Both the position numbers and the translations under genes were made by a program. A stretch of DNA of 63,041 nt, filler included, from Folioceros fuciformis (taxonomy: Eukaryota), in the NCBI GenBank assembly GCA_049999805.1. It is 3 parts of 2 records of this genome, joined end to end, with 100 filler letters (N's around TTAATTAATTAA, not from the genome) between each part and the next. Parts side by side here need not be neighbours in the genome. Positions count along the whole stretch, not along the records: positions 57,254 to 63,041 come from JBNGIO010006392.1; 2 more parts are not named here. One strand, written 5' to 3'. Under the pieces are notes generated by a model. The model was not told the origin of the DNA. It saw only the letters and a program-made list of their open reading frames with translations, and ran no database searches. Each line of letters starts with the position of its first letter. The first letter of the stretch is position 1. This document shows, piece by piece, positions 57,254-63,041 of the stretch.

Positions 57254-60200
57254 TATTGAATGAAGGATGTTTAATTAGTATATGCTGGTTATGATTAGTT
57301 AGGGCACCCTTCATTAGGTTATGTTAATAATTAAAAGATGTAGCTGTTCGCTAGGGTTGTGCCTTTTCATTAGTGCCTTTTGGGCTTGTTTAAAAGACTT
57401 ACCTTCTTTATGAAAGATAACAGTGTATTCTTGAATATGTAGACAATGTAATTCAATTCTATTTGATTTGAATAATCTGTAAATCCCATTTAAAATAACA
57501 TGGTATCAGAGCAGATTATATAGATTGCATTTTAATTAATGCACATTGAAAAATGCATTTGAAGAAAATGCATTTAGAAATAATTTTGTTGTTTTGATTC
57601 AAGAAAGAAAATGTTTTCTTGATCAAGAATGCAAAATTCAAAAGAATACATTTTTTGTGTTGTTTTCTTGTATAGGCATTTAACAATTCCTGGCAAAATT
57701 AAGGAAGTGATCTTGGCGCACATTTTCTGAATTGCTATCTTAGCAATTTCAGAGGAAGTGCGCTAGGACAACTACCTAATCTACAGGTAGATTGTTAACA
57801 TTTTATATACAATACAATGATAAATAGAAATTACAAAACAACACACATGTTGGCCTTATGAATGGCCAACCGGTTGGAAGGACATCAATGGCATCCCCGC
57901 CCCGCTGAGCGAATTCCACAGCATCAAAATCGCCGCAGGGGGCAAGGTGCGCAAGCTGCAAGGAACATCATTGTTGATCAACTTAATCAACATGTGGCTG
58001 AATGGATTGCAAGGAATCAGCATCAGCCAGTGCTTGCGTTGGAAGTAAGGGAATCCTACAATACCTTAATTGAAGTGATATTCCCTGACCAGCACCACTT
58101 GATTATAGCCCTTCCACCTCGTAACCCTGATAATCTCCCAGAAGTGCGCGTACAGAGAGCTTTTGATGGAAATGGTCATCATAGAGGCTTTCTAACAACA
58201 CACGTTGCACCTGCCACAAGTGTCACTCAATTAGTCAATAGAATTGAGGCACATCAAGAGCACATAGATACACGTTTCAGCAGTATTCTGAGTCAAGTCT
58301 CTGCAACTAGTATAGATGTAAGAGACTTGCAAGAATAGATAGGGCATTTGGACTTTAAACTTCTTACCTTGTTAAAGCCACAATTACTTGCTAACCTAGC
58401 ACACAGGGGAGTAGCCTGTAAACACGCTAAGAAAACAAGTAAGAAGCATATGTTTGGTGTCCCAAACTCTTGCCCTTCCTGCTTAGTGTATGCATTCAAT
58501 AAGTGGGAGATTAGAAACCAAAGAGTAGCAAACAGAGTTAGAGAACAAGAGTTTGCTATCAGACCTGCTAATGCTGTAAACATACTCTGACTCTGCTGAC
58601 CTGATAGCATTTAATTGAAGTCTCAAAGGTTGAACCCCTGCAACAGCCATTATAGAATCTTAGTATATCGGGAGTAGCTAACCCAACATACAAAAGAGGA
58701 AAAATGGCAACCATAGCACCAGACCCCTCTACTAGTCTAGGTGGGGAAGGGTTCAAAGAAAAAGATAGGTTTGGAGGGCAGGATTACGACATATGGGTAA
58801 TCCGAATGAAAGGGGCCCTACAAAACAAGAAGTTGTGGAAGGTGGTCAATGGGGATGAACCAGCCCCAGCGGCACCTGCAAATCCAACACAACCTACTAA
58901 TGCTGAGAGAAGAGCACAAGAAGCATGGGACTCAAAGGATGAAGCCGCCATGTTTCTAATCAGAAGTGGTCTTACCTCTGAAATGCTAAGACAGACTTCA
59001 GGATGCATAACCTCAGCAGAAATCTGGACGAGACTTCAAGACCTGTATTCAGGCAGCAATCAGACAAGTCAAATGACAGCAATGAGAAATTTGCAACTAT
59101 GTAAAATGAGAGAAGGAGACTCAATTGAAAAACACCTTGGATACTTCAGAACACTTGTGTCCAAGCTAGAGAGTGCTTCAAATGATATTATAAAGGATGA
59201 CATGCTTATATTATATTTCCTGATATCCTTACCAGATTCCTGGTCACACTTTGTGACATCTTTTAATGCTTCCAAGCTCCAGACTGAAAAACTAGCAAAG
59301 GCTTCAGGTGTTACCCTGCAAGAGACAAGCTTTGCTGAGTTAGTGGGAGCCTTATTACAAGAAGAAGCAAGCAGATCACATGGTAGACGATCTGGTAAGC
59401 AGCAGCCCTCTTCACATCAAATAGAGGACGTGGAGGAGGAAGACCCTTTAACAAGGGTGGTGGTAGTACCTCAAGAGGTGGTGGTTCTCAAGCACGAGGA
59501 ACCAACCAGAAGAAGCCAAAAAGAACAGGAAACTGCAATTGGTGTAAATTACCTGGTCACTGGGAGCGTGAGTGTAGGAAAAAGCAAGCTGGTGTTCCTC
59601 GCAAGGAGGGTTCGACCAGCGCTGAAACTCATGTGGTTGTGAAGAAACAGCCAACACCCTCAGCTCTTACAGTCGGTACTACAGTTTTTGCAACAAGTTC
59701 TTTCTTGTATCCAGCCAGCCTGTCAGCAAATACCAAGAGTAAGCTTGTGTTAGATTGGTATCTAGACACAGGGGCAACAGCCCACATTTGCTTTGACAGA
59801 GGTTCATTTCAGACATACAAAATTTACAATGATCAGTATGTATACCTAGGTGATGATAGATCCCTAGTGTCTCCAGGTCGCGGCTCAATAGACCTACCAG
59901 TTCCATCAGGACATGTGTTAACACTGCATGATGTTTACTTTGTTCCTGACATGACACGTAACCTAATTTCAGTTAGGAAGTTGAATTCATACAACCACTG
60001 TCACATTCTGTTCACACAAACAGAATGTCAAGTACTAGATGCTTTTAATCATAGCAGAATACTTGCCTATGGGTCCTCAGATAGAGACTTGTTTCGTCTC
60101 CACACAGACAGAAGTGTACCAGCATCATATTTGACACAAGATGCAACTGCTGTATCTGCAAAACAGATAGAAAAATCTATGTTATGGCATAGGAGATTAG

Positions 60201-63041
60201 GTCATCCACATTCAGCAAAACTTCAGAAGCTTGCTGTAAGCAATCTTTACCAGGATGGTCCTATAGGGCAGTTGGCATCACTCCCATTGTGTGAGTCTTG
60301 TGTTCTTTCAAAGAGACATCAGGCAGCCTTTAAGAACAAGGCCCCACATAGAGCCTCTGAAGTTCTTGAGCTTGTACACACAGATTTGTGTGGTCCTCTT
60401 TCCCAGCCGTCAATAGGAGGGGGAAAATACTTCCCGACCTTCACTGATGATAAAACCAGGTTTGTTACAACCTACATTGTTAAACAGAAGAGTGAGTGTT
60501 TCAGTCACTTCAGACATTATATCAAATATGCTGAAAGATGGACTGGAAGGCAACTCAAAATCTTGAGATCAGATAATGGGGGAGAGTTCATTTCTGATGA
60601 ATTCCAATCTTACTGTGCATCTGAGGGAATAGGACGCCAGCTGACAGTGGTGTATACACCTCAGCAAAATGGTGTTGCTGAACGTGAAAACCTAAGCCTG
60701 CAAGAGATGACATCGTCATTATTACATCAAGCACAGTTACCATTGCCATACTGGGCAGAAGCTTTAATGACTGCAACTTACCTGAAGAATAGGTTGCCTA
60801 CTTCTTCTGTTGAAGGCCAGACTCCTTTTGAAGCTTTCACAGGGCGCAAGCCTTCTATTCTCCATCTGCGCACATTTGGCTGTGTTGCATATGCCTTTAT
60901 ACCTAAGAAAAAGAGGAAGAAGCTGCAAGACAAAGCCAAAAAGCTATTAATGCTAGGCTATACAGAGGGCATTAAAGCCTACAAACTGTATGATGTTCCC
61001 AAAAACAAAGTTGTTTACGCCAGAAGTGTTACCTTTGATGAAGGCCGCACTTGGGTTTCAGTGGGAGCTTCCCAAGATGTTGGTGTTGCTTCCTTTGATG
61101 ATGATGTTTCCTTCGATCAGTCTGAACATGGAACACAGGTTGTCCCTTTGGAGGACATTGCTCCTGTAGGAGGGGAAGATCCAGCCGCTGATTTTGAAGT
61201 TGTTGATGTTGATGACCTTGCGGTGGCAGAACCTGCACCTGTCAATGAACCAAAACATCAGCAGCAGCAGGGCATACAGGACCAATATCCTCCTGCACAA
61301 CCTGCTCCTGATCTAATTGAAATTGCAAACTTACCTGCTCATTTAGATAACCATGATGCAGCCCCTGACCCAGTTGCAGATCAGCCTGATGAGCCCGTTG
61401 TAGAGCCTCGGCGTTATCCTACTCGCCATAGGCAGCCTCCTGATTTTTACCAAGCTCCGGACTTCAGGACTGCTTCTTCTCATGTCGCTGTCCATGCTGA
61501 CACTCCATCTCTTGATCCCATCGAGCCTCAATCATATGAGGAGGCCTTAAGCAGACCTGATCATAAGGAGTGGGAGAAGGCAATCCAATCAGAATATGAT
61601 TCACTGATTGAAAACGGTACATGGGAATTAACAGATCTACCTCCTGGCCGGAAGCTGGTTACCTGCAAGTGGGTCTTCAAGCTGAAGGTGAAGGCTGATG
61701 GTACCTTTGATAGGTACAAGGCCCGTCTAGTTGCAAGGGGCTTCTCACAGATTCCTGGAGTTGATTTCCTTGAAACCTTTTCTCCAGTTGTGAAGCTGTC
61801 CACCCTCAGGATCATCCTTGCAATATCCACATACTACAATTATGAACTGCAGATGTATGACGTTAAGACAGCCTTCTTGTATGGAAAGCTGGATATTGAA
61901 ATCTACATGCAGCAACCACCTGGTTATGTGGTGAAAGGAAAAGAGCATCAAGCTTGCAAACTCATTAAGTGCATTTATGGCTTGAAACAGTCAGCCATGA
62001 AATGGAATGCAGCCCTAGAAACAGAGTTGCTAGAACTAGGGTTTATTAAAAGCCAAGCTGACAGCTGCCTCTACATTTACCTCAAAGGGACTGTCACTTG
62101 CTATCTGGCCGTCTATGTTGATGACTTGATTCTGTCAAGTAACAGCCAAGAGTTCATAGTTAGTATCACTGATGTACTAGCTACGAAATTCAAGATGAAC
62201 TGCCTAGGACCCCTACAAAGCTGCTTAGGGATCCATGTGCAGAGGAACAGGAAGACACGGGTGATGACACTTACACAACCTCGTTACCTCTTAGAGTGTG
62301 CAGAGCACTTAGGGCTCAAGGAAGCCAAACCTGTATCCACACCCATGCCTTTCGGTCAGAAGCTCAGCAAGCTCATGTCTCCTACAACTAAAGAGGAAAA
62401 GGAGCAAATGAGGGGAGTCCCTTACAGGTAGGGTGTAGGGAAACTTATCTATGCTAGCAATACAACGAGATTGGAAGTGGCATACACTACTAGTGTGCTC
62501 TCGCAGTTCCTTGAAAACCCCGGAAAAGAACACTGGACGAACCTGAAGCGTGCCTTCCGTTACCTGAAGGGCACTGCCAAGATTGGATTAGCATACAAGT
62601 ATCAAAATGGCAAGCAACTGGATTTGGAGGTCTTTACCGATTCAGACTATGCTGGAGATGTGGACAGTAGAAAATCAGTCTCTGGCTACATAATTTCAGT
62701 TGCTGGTGGTCCCGTGTGTTGGTCCAGCAAAAAGCAGCCGACGGTGGCTCTGTCTTCTACTGAAGCGGAGTATCGTGTCTTGACAGCAGCTGCGAAAGAG
62801 ATAGTGTGGTGTAAGTTATTGTTCAAAGAGCTGGGTATCTAGATACCTAGTTGCACAACAATTCACACTGACAATCAGGGTTCGATGGCCTTAGCCAAAA
62901 ATCCAGTGTTCCATGCACGAACAAAGCATGTTGAAGTGGAGTACCACTACATTAGGGGACTGGTGACAGAAGGGAAGATTAATTTAAAATATGTTCCGAC
63001 TCAAGACAACCCGGCGGACATACTTACAAAGTCTTTGAGCA
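57254..63041 (+). mobile_element. Ty1/Copia element: 5' LTR end, PBS, long leader, gag-pol running off the window
   Basis: ...taaCA (57500) then tggtatcagagc PBS; gag from 58704, frameshift near 59400 before CNWCKLPGHWEREC; WYLDTGA, YVDD, FTDSDYAG; TAG stops at 62429 and 62840. Confidence 0.93.
57862..58590 (+). pseudogene. Extra ORF upstream of gag (242 codons with one internal TAG)
   Basis: ORFs 57862-58338 and 58348-58590 are in the same frame, separated by TAG 58336-58338; coiled-coil-like stretch then CKH...H...CPSC. Confidence 0.5.

Noticed and set aside
59390-59420. Programmed gag-pol frameshift
   Set aside because: The shift falls before the zinc knuckle with no slippery motif, and the element has other stops; more likely a 1-nt indel

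Overview
Eukaryotic land-plant genomic DNA with short GT-AG introns (about 70-250 bp), plant-type TTTAGGG repeats and Copia/Gypsy retroelements. The compact introns suggest a non-seed plant such as a hornwort or lycophyte; this is inference. Two artificial N44-TTAATTAATTAA-N44 linkers (31914-32013, 57154-57253) split the window into three independent pieces. Piece 1 holds an Rpr2/Rpp21-domain gene, an intronless microbial-type nitroreductase and two GH1 beta-glucosidase paralogues, the second with one nonsense codon. It also holds a bacterial-type GH30 remnant split by a Copia element with TATA-ended LTRs, and an inverted duplication of a RING-H2 gene. Piece 2 holds a B-lectin-like gene, a MORN-repeat gene and decayed Gypsy/Copia elements. 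Its best lead is three spliced genes, not visible as single ORFs in the track, that encode very divergent NAC-like domains in non-canonical positions, one fused to tandem zinc-finger motifs. Piece 3 is a Copia element carrying an extra Cys/His ORF upstream of gag. All family calls are by motif recognition by eye; no searches were run.
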